From IMG/VR virus record IMGVR_UViG_3300020477_001475, positions 1-64,000 of that record: 64,000 bases of DNA; one strand, 5' to 3'. This document shows positions 51,801 to 58,391 of this stretch, piece after piece. A model generated the notes under the pieces. The model searched no databases. It was not told where the DNA came from and was given only the letters and a program-made list of their open reading frames with translations. This stretch comes from a virus. Both the position numbers and the translations under genes were made by a program. Numbering within the stretch: the stretch's first letter is position 1; each line of letters begins with the position of its first letter.

Positions 51801-52179
51801 AATACTCATTATTATAATTCATAACTTGCATTTCACATTCAGTGTTCCAACAAGTATTTTCAACTAATGTATTTCCAATATAAACACAATTTAAATCATT
51901 TTCATAACAACTATAAGCAGCCATTTGATAGTAAGATGTTTCGTAGGGATCATATGTTGAATAACCAGTATCATCAATTTCCCATGGTTGATGGCCACTT
52001 GCAGGTGATTGTCTAATGATAGAATTACATTCAGCTTCTTCACACAATGATGCAGGATCCGAATACCAATCAGCACAATGATAAAATGGTTGTCCACCAT
52101 CTTCTATATCAGATTGCCAACAATTCCAATGAGAATTGACTTTTGTTGAATCTGTACATCCTGTTTTCCAACTGCTCAC
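36820..52179 (-). CDS. 5,119-aa Cys/Asp/Gly-rich giant protein with Ca-binding DxDGDG and GCxDxxAxNY repeats
   Basis: Uninterrupted 15.4-kb ORF, GTG start after GGAG. Repeats include YLDWDGDGYG, YPDVDGDGIGC, GCTNSEACNYNPFAT and GCKDDRALNFDPDAT; an Ig-like segment contains GVFQWDVP. Confidence 0.9.
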   Translation of the reverse strand: MSSWKTGCTDSTKVNSHWNCWQSDIEDGGQPFYHCADWYSDPASLCEEAECNSIIRQSPASGHQPWEIDDTGYSTYDPYETSYYQMAAYSCYENDLNCVYIGNTLVENTCWNTECEMQVMNYNNEYFGTIHECDNSSQCCDPIVILTDTMDQAECEGFNNCYIVESCGDGSDPNTGEGCTETFDVETYCGDTDYGYCVLYDDDDNVLEWFTDLYEDDSTCEDMGICVNPLTGETLVAADQDECESTGFCVFDLMDDENWWYRGESYCDGYPDIDNEDDCDETDDGEWFEGDEILLSAEGGYLPRATLPLGGLHEDDYAQWPWDGNAPLNEENRITFIMGGPTELWALTPQRECYKYVSWSVDTFYQGLSNDCLSNPDDGSIIRQTGNPEEYDGCPVGCDWGYHWQKYDKHYYEDGGNLNYWPAGFSNLMGDYDTDGCLYGGDCTPTGPPWEWEDDESEIRTYYWFLDERLDNSGGDRCDNKYGICWDRKNAAIHYGEARGYHHTDNGREFFDASDGEETDIRGNIPYPIGSAGPGHKDHHGIGYSSSSRRDYNDYCNHANGWSGHEWEWIYAKWLTPEWKSYEWKSLSHFDASTSNEWITSGNKLSYLSAGECEVNVDAALPDNGGYPARCEDDDGSCIENFPFNWYTSYYNVSDSHGPNGDVFYMNVNLIEGETLEGGDWLGQPVPDVGYFDNGDISPYDNHVVGIFKGFALQSGLPNPNHSCTSVEDCEIKGIMPTFRHFPFNINYIGNIEPPYLVNELTGTEDETWYSLYPEAGYFCQTGEEKPCLPSDDNSECPDSNPDCSVYCDNNQNDPCLYIWDGLWSTENISPLVFQYLLNDTDPHYDDIFEETAENWDWHYLLSTHDNTWYPEVTDCEGDEYCLSRGAQGKPLYDFPENIKYDGVGLNEYTIRIFNPDDGNIYILAQFTASKEEGSNYFEYGYGASGSDTNPSYIRFVANPEVCQSSEGNIYWNCQVWGCTNSEACNYNPFATEEDGSCKFKYDGSDPSYSTITCGEFCYPVVWDDTDGYDRICNEYTCGGESGGIECNPRTNTTALCGSPNNCFRPSCPNDVQIGENCPPPIGFSGNNNECIANLVDTRLTFYSDCDGDGAACDFPWVKYCYDIAGELIEDGSLDSMCGNDFILGGICYGTNIQCDPSDKVYQLNGILSSGDVYCESQNAGMCESIVGDAYCECDTDYYDSCGNCVEEGHEDECMSFCRDQDGNILDASHTCIQIHPDGYIIPDDGSVQNCPECPNGTCFDLGDGDGEYECKGPIGCENGLSLGCATQGCNGVCNDGTDCDTCDQCGGDGYVETCYSDEDGDGYSSGMPRDEICLGDWDDEGCVTCEHIGDGNYQPWGFNCYFGSEDENCLENACINVLDESDPLVVGGYCISTDENRCYDDDDDTCIYCDYMNDNDCRDYCGDCFADDDVYRDWRKECKLEGYCQDTWVCNNEPTTICDNVTGEPCTDNVCNTLAVTPDKECSSINGITYGCDPLEYGYDDSNLCTVDLTNTCSGNNSRLKSDDCGVCMQLNCSGDVSHIDFTDTAISYNNQVWYKNDLDVNNVFYFNKNNNPCMDNPNLEDGVYKIPNNQDWNTSCSDCKGIPCYDGNDNPINDPNWTQMKEYCYHTIDSTGQYEVEHCCVVDDWVQCNNPDTDMCCACLTSCQDLPGNDSCGQYTWWEDTDGDGLASGMVHYLCGEKDIDGIFYHIPGWVYQLDCYYNVDENQFLTYIVGGGSEPCYVEPYLDGVDAWIPYYINWYDVVTDDEMDAEDLIPGCGVTDITFGFMCLDDQFNPDCSNTPDEWDTVLINNWDNWPSLVQLAINSDYVPIENCMGMCWEDENFGDMGDIDSQILDYGCGCGGPAPTAYYLDWDGDGYGYGGACTWDPFPYDVLGFDSTAIEIWVWNNAQCDGGVFFCPNDSDFSNNWPLRIVNQTFYDENGYYWQIPTAPHNIEGDTCGWWVEPPYYGDNNDHQACVEAQADNYICKDNSCVCQEYHNYCMSLVDADLVGQYSDELCQNYVDCTFEECDVLTYPSFIDNFDDVDPEGCVGSCVNLDIIEPSYANENGAPTIYEGYPFYFYLNDVSENDSIYQDISSYYDGGYHCIRNTNPDDDYTNETFSYSVKKVDCTVGIYYDNGFNNCNTFDGLPGGFRCVSDDDSDPPLCWNFIDGIWDNSVCSGDCVELQPGGSIFLLNTSGDDFNKITLGDENNDVTYGLSDYSPGDYEITVYYPAGCYQDDDCLIKKSEQFTVNSAVYGCMDDRPLTRCEVDDLAGGMKWINCKYDSEEDIFNVDTTQFEIDNDCIGLCQEYENSDYVCNYNSDATHHNSSCEYRKKWYPDVDGDGIGCWETGYHEYEEFRCDNIGLHRQGQIAYSGHCTDSGGTCQNCNCEDDGCDVAGNICNFPHVNNADEQGISCLCYSNLYDDCGECRSSASATVGNSYCRNYDNFGVDCSGDESLCSGYCWPAQDGFALNGIALQGVCEYTNGEGDISYVCSDDINGTIYDNNNCNDECDGDENYCIKESCDGFSIKLPDEYPDPNGVGLNPFKRSNCDTGARNCIYNLHSSAPYETTFDDNTKVPSDKSWNKSCTGCRNNLSVFNCEDCDFSCTGDWNMTNATGLGLEAFGYNSNEEVGDDGVECLSNGYGCDEGGYSGQGICFNIHWWYGIAISCDSDFGGNGLKPCPEYYHDAQETVVGDVCNNTSHPTSHGYNSCCEFGFDYGCKDDRALNFDPDATRDCENNLLHDCLFAGSPPVETDIMVVNQSTVDGEADQLILTVKKWTERPWNLSVGSYITHTPGDILDTDFINYNNSNDLDVFEVLSISTEDINYSGEFYVTIRRGLFGTNSQVLPVFNVEDCDGGEGNPSSCARLWNTSSDCNYLKCCVYEPIKACTDSNAENYYCWGDYNFGVVDNFYCQSDEDGDGVYDIPNHPPVVECIAEYESYVIDGWVDDGRIDVPSYCSIFKPGSTQSVEWTISIDELWLGNFDVYLYHPNLGLSIDPMFNLDEDSEYHFNHKFITSLSPDAMGSGVFQWDVPSKLPIYGRGFKLVFQRLDEGWEDVVLKSYDFEISRGYITGPNSGEYEEWDDDDTNCSNNGTTVNENYCCEYRYDCAGLRFGSGFFHGGSCGACVNSQYVFSGEGGTRSDEDLYGNNGCGCWNYIPDKGQHSLAGSPNLPTDNGRSGVMPLTWKRDGEGDGWDSDGRPCPNLENYCDLGEGGLSDDISESDCIDEGGEWIYQAEFLKFDHTNFQNNKPDNYGYCENDTNLTCFDEKTGKYQCSGCNPLRGACIGLNDGNWSDFSSKQAFNDFDTTCDAPNIEFLMNYSGNNSGRIQLDNRCQQIAAEAGYDLFEEIQCEMDYCTFPTTGNSSNNLPSTGTGYWGDIKCLGWDYHWEVDDPYSNHTGINACYSPITGYINQNSICKNPDDVSGGAYTEDNQNFGGYPCFRDSNFDHTNPECCDDNNVWWANGGIHPGWMGPFVGDELIEDAVRKCNCLGLGNHEDYDECEQLSSCIGEDWECVPDYEGEPVDWPTGNELHPVCGYYDEENGEFIDMGEVDCSNPYQVGCYEPTLSACQCEYNFTDCHGNCVPAGSLTARINVLDDLNQCAGLNYGYVYRYDEFCNDSLSDYGETIEENEDGQYIPLDNALLDIPFLKALKIITHPDNKHMRGEDGVNDVNPHHPIGPYGADDPGGLFKLWENKNEVCVPGPQDDSSERIKTCVVGMGPLESFGADDGGSGVRRMDCNCDTYPDDTGIDNLDPFTEYGELDECGICNSPYTIRNCPNIKNDIGEITHLNSPHWRGTSKPADFEGDIVEVFTCDQNGGVCLDDGDTFIGNFPRLTTNYDLGEFIYGGPDIDCSGQCKPLYSKTGECSANYHNDDVLYPLLFSNYYGGFRFGDTNIHGRKPIDSNGDLDWEDNFYWQSVVWDLKTHDIPIWPYDPIHQVNITTDYPEDTGDMLDLHCGCKVYSHDHKDCLGCKDPGAIPPYGNYEESDDITIHKPSDCIYNKHGCADPNSIIEFTDQSNVGCIFECAMFDMAVGEDAGYCHGGSNHGVACIPSLDNSDCPDGECLGISPLATEGFQGSLCKDLEYEWPNDLNACFINYFGDGSYGCSKYLTNDQDSIDLVANKEEFYSCCDPYCGDTRSHDCYSEWYPAYDPDGNYTYPGQIQCRQIIDQGWSVREELKSHPTTSTDEGYQYNNACGGRAICGGFCPNSTHDNSLAGQVVVGDTFIDNSISGELEMSDGERGYILGMTDTNLYHTSNVDPYSESQFCSADCCGYFDVNDNTVSDIGTWHNGYYDDGCADTGYIPDESYPNGDVHQKPWPFGMDPAQGSSYCVGWGNAEGQQPGWFWEFLEDFSQMLTGLQPGFTVSNSICNNGSCCEPVLCPTLGTTTSGMHEVSDKYSGGKGYIDRWGEECPDCYTGCMQHHNNPSSMDPDWWDTQIPWGSTNSGYGSLNKLFQKTIVFDKDVPIYNIMMSAESKSIRSGAGNRGVHSLVYRVSWGDIDTGWIHHEGASHSFNQPGERNIPGSDYGTTPHIQSDNPSTLHLYSGDSMGDREQAWGYSEWSVGGGPMSDLMNFVDYDSGGDPTGAAGRLNPGGDYTDGSYWHKLVGTGIIPKGTKVKFEIGIKLTKQPATEFPKYGMMRNPKIWVPKFLPNKWGYKGHFMNELHIAPNKGGYPYQVNAFGVGSLKGYPSKFWGWWDMTDCSDGLHNQGFGFNNNMCSNWPPAPMATGTPNYYNPNTYDVTMGKIGGIAEGDVEYVENFRIEPNMISTSAIAGAGFLDYSALCGNIATILTQPGFFVDGPDGGYSIQNLIDGEGPSCDAVIANRELDPVPENGNWTETYYDPDAYHTYRTAVGDWYWYCTDSNEHCESDGADYPNGTWTLTTADNCDTYEELEDNDCENIIYNYSQFSDGNYQPVNTMAPDYPDITRMKQFSNTTPIYQFLGADNPSTYDIFYPSLTDALTVKKTIDTDVAFANYHGGDDAYAFNIAKYTMGMRGVAGMEQYVDVPFTHGCVDLTTSHEGMWYDHFGESHSGGLIAMHDLNADNPPFTFIGDGVSNTPGGHVPNWASHYPIHYLDFQSCQELRLTEEGFYSADGTNVTGDFGGLSSMVDISAEQDDCLTLENC

Positions 52180-52190
52180 TATAAGACTCC

Positions 52191-55100
52191 TTAATTACCT
52201 AAAATCATATTTACTATGCTTACTATGTCAGTTACATTAACTTGACCATCACCATTAACATCAGAACATTCTGTTAAATCATTTCCTACAGCACTTTCTA
52301 AACTTAAATCCACACCACTCAAAACAAAATTAACAATACTTACGACATCAGAAACATTAACATCACCAGTACCATTTACATCACCCGGAATACATGACAC
52401 AACATCTTCGACAGTACCACTGAATAAATATCCAAAAACATAATCTATTTTATCATTTAATTCTTGTTCTTTTTGTGTTATCCTTTCACTCTTTAACTTT
52501 ACATTCTTCTTATTAGAAAATGTTTTAACTTTAGTGTGAAGACTTCCAATTTGATCAGAAAATGAAATTATATTTGATGTTCTGTATTTAGTTGGTATTA
52601 TATTAGTAACAATAACTTCAACTACATCAGAACCTATCATTTCTTGTTCAGGTAATCCAAATGTTTCACCTAAAACTTCCAACTTAAATTTAAGAACAAT
52701 TTCATCATAACCTTGTGGTAATTCTGGTGCTTCCCATTCCAAATATGGAGATTCAGACCAAGGCAGTATATGTTCTGGTGTTCTTCTTTGTGGGTTAATA
52801 GGGTTATCTGTAATTGGATTTCCTATAAAAACCCATTCGTTACCATTCCAACGATACCATCTATATTTCAATGATTCAGTACTACCATCACATATAGAAT
52901 TAGCAGCTTGAAATGAATTACTACCATCTAACACAAATTTTCTCAATGGTTTAACCCAAAAATCTTCATTAACTATTGCTACAACTGGTGGTATTATAGA
53001 TGTAGAAACTTTAAACCCAGGTTCAAGTCTATGTACATACTCCCAACTACAACCATTTTGTTCACAATCTTCTTGATTTGTAATTGACAAATCACATTCA
53101 CAAAATTCACTATACCATTGTCCTCCTGATGAATCTTGTTCCCATTCAAATACTCTATGGTCATCGTCAATAATATTATCCGTATATGCTTCTATTTTAA
53201 ATAAGAAGTCAGTATCATAAGGTTCTTCTGAATTGTTATATGGATAACTACCACCATATCTTATCCATTCCCTACAAGATAAATTTTGCCAATCATATAT
53301 GGAATTATATCCAATAGAATATGAAGTATCATTTATATTAAAACCAGAATTAGTAATTCTTATATCAAAGGGTATTTGATATAAATCATCAATACCTTGT
53401 ACAGTACCAGGATTAGAAACTGTAAACCAACCATCTCTAGGAATTTCAAATAAGTGTCCATATTGGTCGTGTACCCTTGATACAATTCTCAATCTAACAT
53501 CAGTTATAGTTTGTGTACTATATACTTGTGCACGAAATTTTATAATATCATCTAAAATTACAGATGGAGTATCATAATCACAATCACTTGGGTTATGATA
53601 ATACCAATCAAAATCATAATTACCAGCATTAGGATCACTACAACCTGTACAAACATCCCAAAAATCTAAACAACAATTACCCTCATCATACATACATTCT
53701 AATATATCACAAGAACAGTAATCACCACCAACATTAGAATTCCCACATTCATCTACACATGACCCTCTAAATGAACAACAAATTTCATCAGTACCAGATG
53801 AAGGGAAAGTTTCATAAATATTACCACCACAATCTACCCACACAGATTCACCATCATAAATACCTGTTGGATATGGATCAAAATTAATAGCTTCTTGATT
53901 TAAACATTCAGCACATACAGTATTATCACCATCACAAATATTACAAACATCAATTTCTGAATCACAGTAACATAATGCTTCATTATCTTCATAATCATTA
54001 GTATCAATAAATTCGTAACCATCAGGACAACCACCATCTATGACAAGATTTTCATCACCTTCACATGCAATTAAAATTTGGTTATCTTGGAAATTACACC
54101 CAATACCATCACAATCATAATCCAAATAATAACATTTAGGTGTTATACAACAACCATCTAACCCGTGAGTTTCAGTACATTGAGTATTAGGTATACCTTC
54201 TTCCCAATTAGTTGTCCAAAAATTATAAATTACATTTTTATTACAATAATCGCCACTTCCACTTATCATACCATTAGCAACACCAACACAACCAAAATCA
54301 ACTGCATCTTGGTCAAGATTGTCAACACAACCCACAAATTCACAATCACCAGAATCTACTGTACAAGTTTCACAATAATTGAAAGCTCCTTGATCTGTAC
54401 AACCATAACAATAATCATCATCTTCAAAACCATTTGGAACACAACCACAATGTTCAGTGAGATATTCTTGATTTGTACAACAACATTCACAATGTTCTTC
54501 ACCATCTTGATGCCCTAAATGATTTTGACATTCACAAGGACCATCACCATTACAGATACCACATTCATCTTCTAATGCACTACCATTACATGAACCTTCA
54601 CAATCAAAATAATTTTCTTCACAATCACAATATTCATCCGCTTCACCACAATCTTCTGTAGTAGGGTATTCAGTACATTCTTCAAATCCTGGACACCAAT
54701 ATTGTAAATCGTCACAACATCCTATACCATCACCATCTGAATCATAATAACGAATATTTTCATAATATGGATTACACAAATCTGGGTTGTGATGTACTCC
54801 ATCTAAATCTTCAGCACAATCTACTACATTAACTTCATCACAATTATAATTACCATTATATATACCTTTAGCTTTAGGATTCAAACTACTAATATGATGG
54901 ACATGTTCCTCATATAAAACTTCATAATCACCAAAAGTTGGATTATCTATACCTGAAATAGCTGGACAAGGACATTTATCTATACCTTCAGGACAATCTA
55001 CACCATTAACACCATCGTCACAATAAAATAAACATCCAGAAAAGATACAACAACAATTCTCATATTCACAATCAGGACATTGAGCACCAGCATTATCTGC

Positions 55101-55775
55101 ACCAGAATCTTCATCACATTCATATGTAAGATCACATTGTAAATCGAACAAATCACTTCCATCTAGATAACAGTCCCAATTCGGATTAACAATATCTCCA
55201 GGATACTCCCAATTTTCAGTACAAGGATTTGCCATTAGCATTCCAATTGAATTACCAGAAATATCTGAACACATATCACCAAATACATCTGTATTACAAG
55301 AACAATGACCCCAAAGATTTGGATCAACAGTTTCATCTTCCCATACATAAAAATAAGCATCATGGGATAGACCATCATTACCATCGGTGTTATACCAACA
55401 ACCATATGGATGTGAGTTACCATTGCTATCATTACAAGCACCACCTTCAAATGCATTTAGTACTGGTACTGCTGTCAAATTAACACAAGGCCATTCACAA
55501 GTTTCTAATGTATCTTCTATATTTCCAGGAGTTGTTGTTTCTACTGCAATAGGTGATGTTACATTTTTAGAAGCTTCTATTGCATCTTGAAATTTTTGTA
55601 TATTAATCCGTTTTTGAATTTCTGGTTTTAATTTAGGGTTTGTTGTAATTAAAACTTTATCCTTTTCTTTTTGGGATAATTTAGTCTTTTGTTTTGGTGG
55701 AGTTTTAGGTTTAGTTGATTTCTTTGACTTGTCAACATCCACTATACCCACATTAATTTCAAAATTACCACTCAT
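52191..55775 (-). CDS. Cys-rich protein with somatomedin-B-like, PKD-like and C-terminal dockerin domains
   Basis: GSCVDECG..CSCD..C...GNCCLDFWDVC; FVLDGSNSF..LKYRW; PGDVNGTGDVNVSDVVSIVN..SDVNGDGQVNVTDIVSIVN. Confidence 0.85.
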   Translation of the reverse strand: MSGNFEINVGIVDVDKSKKSTKPKTPPKQKTKLSQKEKDKVLITTNPKLKPEIQKRINIQKFQDAIEASKNVTSPIAVETTTPGNIEDTLETCEWPCVNLTAVPVLNAFEGGACNDSNGNSHPYGCWYNTDGNDGLSHDAYFYVWEDETVDPNLWGHCSCNTDVFGDMCSDISGNSIGMLMANPCTENWEYPGDIVNPNWDCYLDGSDLFDLQCDLTYECDEDSGADNAGAQCPDCEYENCCCIFSGCLFYCDDGVNGVDCPEGIDKCPCPAISGIDNPTFGDYEVLYEEHVHHISSLNPKAKGIYNGNYNCDEVNVVDCAEDLDGVHHNPDLCNPYYENIRYYDSDGDGIGCCDDLQYWCPGFEECTEYPTTEDCGEADEYCDCEENYFDCEGSCNGSALEDECGICNGDGPCECQNHLGHQDGEEHCECCCTNQEYLTEHCGCVPNGFEDDDYCYGCTDQGAFNYCETCTVDSGDCEFVGCVDNLDQDAVDFGCVGVANGMISGSGDYCNKNVIYNFWTTNWEEGIPNTQCTETHGLDGCCITPKCYYLDYDCDGIGCNFQDNQILIACEGDENLVIDGGCPDGYEFIDTNDYEDNEALCYCDSEIDVCNICDGDNTVCAECLNQEAINFDPYPTGIYDGESVWVDCGGNIYETFPSSGTDEICCSFRGSCVDECGNSNVGGDYCSCDILECMYDEGNCCLDFWDVCTGCSDPNAGNYDFDWYYHNPSDCDYDTPSVILDDIIKFRAQVYSTQTITDVRLRIVSRVHDQYGHLFEIPRDGWFTVSNPGTVQGIDDLYQIPFDIRITNSGFNINDTSYSIGYNSIYDWQNLSCREWIRYGGSYPYNNSEEPYDTDFLFKIEAYTDNIIDDDHRVFEWEQDSSGGQWYSEFCECDLSITNQEDCEQNGCSWEYVHRLEPGFKVSTSIIPPVVAIVNEDFWVKPLRKFVLDGSNSFQAANSICDGSTESLKYRWYRWNGNEWVFIGNPITDNPINPQRRTPEHILPWSESPYLEWEAPELPQGYDEIVLKFKLEVLGETFGLPEQEMIGSDVVEVIVTNIIPTKYRTSNIISFSDQIGSLHTKVKTFSNKKNVKLKSERITQKEQELNDKIDYVFGYLFSGTVEDVVSCIPGDVNGTGDVNVSDVVSIVNFVLSGVDLSLESAVGNDLTECSDVNGDGQVNVTDIVSIVNMILGN

Positions 55776-55778
55776 AAC

Positions 55779-56501
55779 TTAATTTTCCAACGAATAATCA
55801 TTTGGATAATTGATTATTATTCTATTATGATTTTCTGATTCAGGTGGACAATCCAAATAATCGTGACAACAATTATAATTATTCTTACATAATGAATTAC
55901 AATAACAAGTAGCACCACTTGTAATTGGTGTATAAGTTCCACAACTTTCTACACAAGTATTACCATCATCATAACCATTAAAATTATTAAAACCTGGAGT
56001 TATCCAAAAAGTTTCGGGTGTATCTTTGTAAATCCAATCACCACCATAAACATCATTTCCTCCCATTCCATCAACAATCCGTTTCCAAACTGTATCAACT
56101 CCATTATCTTGGGAACTAAATTCATAATTAACAAAATTTATTTCTACATCATCACTGTCATTCAATGATATCCAGTCACTTGGATCACTTCCCCAACTGT
56201 AATCACAACCAATATGCCCATTACAATTGTCATAAGGTAAAAATATAATTTTATACCCACCCTTTTTTATAATATAATCATCTAAAATAAGAGGATTTGG
56301 AAATGTAGATGCATTTAATACCCAACCACCCAATTGTATATTATAATTACTTCTATTATAAAGTTCAACATATCTATTCTGGGTTTCTTGTAAATCTGGA
56401 AGAATTTCTGATCCATAGTAAAATTCTGTAAGTGAAAAGTCTACATCACCACCCATCCAATTATATATTTCGTTTACAACTACATCACCTAAATTAGCCA
56501 T
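55779..56501 (-). CDS. Lamin-tail-domain + somatomedin-B protein
   Basis: VVVNEIY..YVELYN..IQLGGWVL..TPG..N; CVESCG..CYCNSLC....NCCHDY. Confidence 0.8.
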   Translation of the reverse strand: MANLGDVVVNEIYNWMGGDVDFSLTEFYYGSEILPDLQETQNRYVELYNRSNYNIQLGGWVLNASTFPNPLILDDYIIKKGGYKIIFLPYDNCNGHIGCDYSWGSDPSDWISLNDSDDVEINFVNYEFSSQDNGVDTVWKRIVDGMGGNDVYGGDWIYKDTPETFWITPGFNNFNGYDDGNTCVESCGTYTPITSGATCYCNSLCKNNYNCCHDYLDCPPESENHNRIIINYPNDYSLEN

Positions 56502-56937
56502 TTATAAGCTCCATTTTAGAATCTACTATGTTTTTACCATTTTTACCAACACATATCAATTCATCAAACTTTATATATTTCATATCTACATTCTTTTCCA
56601 TATCCAATTTAAATAAAAATGTCTTTTTTTCGGCTCTTGGTAATAAATTACCACCCATATTAAATGAAAGAATACGAAAGTTACCAACTAACAAGTTAAA
56701 TTTACTATCCGTCAATATACTTTTAACAGCATTTTTACTGAATACATTATCAGCCTTCTCAGAATCATATGTTCTATATAATTCCTTTTCGTTTGGGGCA
56801 TTATGTTTCCTCTGTTTAACATCCAAATTTAAATTACGCAAATTGTGTTTAAACTGAAAACCCCTCATAACTTCTGTCGAAATGTATGAAAAATCTAAAG
56901 ATATTCCTAACTTTCTTTCTACATAAAATCTTACCAT
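56494..56937 (-). CDS. Cohesin-like beta-sandwich protein (tentative)
   Basis: Y.S...M.GFQF ... ILSFNMGGNLLP ... L ... FDELICVGKNG pattern resembles cohesin-type domains of marine FCB bacteria. Confidence 0.45.
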   Translation of the reverse strand: MVRFYVERKLGISLDFSYISTEVMRGFQFKHNLRNLNLDVKQRKHNAPNEKELYRTYDSEKADNVFSKNAVKSILTDSKFNLLVGNFRILSFNMGGNLLPRAEKKTFLFKLDMEKNVDMKYIKFDELICVGKNGKNIVDSKMELING

Positions 56938-56994
56938 ATTAATTTAAATCCTTATTGAAAAATAAAACAATATATACATAAATATTTAATCCTA

Positions 56995-57022
56995 AAAAAA
57001 ATACCCCTGTTGTTGGGGTATT
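56995..57022 (-). terminator. Rho-independent terminator
   Basis: AATACCCC...GGGGTATT followed by a T-run. Confidence 0.75.
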
Positions 57023-57051
57023 ATATAAAAATATTGATTTTATTTATGATA

Positions 57052-57240
57052 TTATCTTTCTATATCTGAATAATTAACATACCATATCTTTCCTAAATCA
57101 TCTTTAACTCTGAGGTCTTTATCAGGAAAACCTACTTCATCAATTTTAACCTTTTCACCTTCACGGAGCATTCCATCTACCGTAGGAATATTTCTTATTA
57201 CTATAACCCGTTCACCAATTTTAAAATTACTTTTTATCAT
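57052..57240 (-). CDS. Small SH3-like protein
   Basis: FKIGERV...GEKVKI...LRVKDDLGKIWYV. Confidence 0.55.
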   Translation of the reverse strand: MIKSNFKIGERVIVIRNIPTVDGMLREGEKVKIDEVGFPDKDLRVKDDLGKIWYVNYSDIER

Positions 57241-57387
57241 TAGAATCACCTTCCATTTTTTCCATAGCCGATTCCAATTCTTTCAATTCTTTTTTAAAGC
57301 CATCTAATGTCCAACCATCATGATAACCTGCGTGGGCTAATTCTGTTTTCAAATACTTTATTCTTTTTTTCATCTGTTCTTTATCCA

Positions 57388-57666
57388 TCATCTTATAGAC
57401 TTTTTAGTTCTTTTTTTGGATTTAACAGATTTTTTAATAGAATCACCTATAACATCTGGTTTTTTATTTTTTTTAGATGTTTTTGGTTTAGTTTTAACAG
57501 CTTTTGGTTTTTCTTCGACCTTTTCTGTTGAAATAGTTGTACCAACTTTATCATCATTTAATAATTCTGATATAGTTCTCGATAAAAAAGCTCTATCTTG
57601 AGATGAAAATAAATTTAACCTATAATGTTCATCTAAAACTCTTCTTATTTTTTCTTTAATTTCCAT
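57388..57666 (-). CDS. NLxSxxxR family protein with Lys-rich tail
   Basis: LNLFSSQDRAFLSRTI; AGGAG RBS. Confidence 0.6.
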   Translation of the reverse strand: MEIKEKIRRVLDEHYRLNLFSSQDRAFLSRTISELLNDDKVGTTISTEKVEEKPKAVKTKPKTSKKNKKPDVIGDSIKKSVKSKKRTKKSIR

Positions 57667-57680
57667 ATGTAACTCCTATT

Positions 57681-58202
57681 TTATTTACAAAATCTTTTTG
57701 AACCAAAAAAATCACCAACATTAGTAAAATAACAATTTGGACACAATAACCTTAAATTATCATAAGTATAATTATCAGTATTACCATCTATAAAATCCAA
57801 CGATAAACATATCTTATCATCTGTTATCCTCTTTTCATTCCATTTACACAAACTACACTCTTCAACCATATAACCAGCATTTATCAATCGTGTTTTTAAT
57901 TTCGAAGATGAATAACCTTTATACTTGTTTGCTAAAATTTCATCCAAATCGTAGGAAGAATAAACAAATTTCTTTTCTATACCCTTCCCACTTTGATTTT
58001 TATGTTGTTCAAATATGTCATAATATTTAGCCCATTTTTTGTAAGTATTGTAATTAACACCTAACCATCTAGCAGCTTCAGAATTAGACCTTGTATTTTC
58101 TACAGCATCTTCGATCATCTTTTTAGTTAATACAAATCTTTTTCCTGGTATCTTGACATATTTTTTAACAGAACCCATTAATAATCTTTTTGATATACCC
58201 AT
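57681..58202 (-). CDS. HTH + degenerate HNH domain protein
   Basis: SNSEAARWLGVNYNTYKKW (HTH); CSLC...LDFIDGNTDN....NLRLLCPNCY. Confidence 0.75.
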   Translation of the reverse strand: MGISKRLLMGSVKKYVKIPGKRFVLTKKMIEDAVENTRSNSEAARWLGVNYNTYKKWAKYYDIFEQHKNQSGKGIEKKFVYSSYDLDEILANKYKGYSSSKLKTRLINAGYMVEECSLCKWNEKRITDDKICLSLDFIDGNTDNYTYDNLRLLCPNCYFTNVGDFFGSKRFCK

Positions 58203-58390
58203 GAATTAGGATCAATATTTACAACCTTTTGTTCACGTAAATGTGTAGCAGTTTGATTGTCTATCTTCCTATGAGGTGAATTATTATTACTCAAAGATTG
58301 TTCTACCCAAAATAATTCACTTGGTTCTATATCTTTATATCTATAAGAAAGCCAATCTATATGACCTTTTTCCTTTGGAAAATCCGGCAT
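58178..58390 (-). CDS. Small hypothetical protein
   Basis: 70 aa, operon-coupled. Confidence 0.45.
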   Translation of the reverse strand: MPDFPKEKGHIDWLSYRYKDIEPSELFWVEQSLSNNNSPHRKIDNQTATHLREQKVVNIDPNSWVYQKDY

Positions 58391-58391
58391 A

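Noticed and set aside
36820-52179. Diversity-generating retroelement target, intein or stop-codon recoding
   Set aside because: No reverse transcriptase or TR/VR pair was seen, there are no intein motifs, and genes are full length in the standard code using all three stops.
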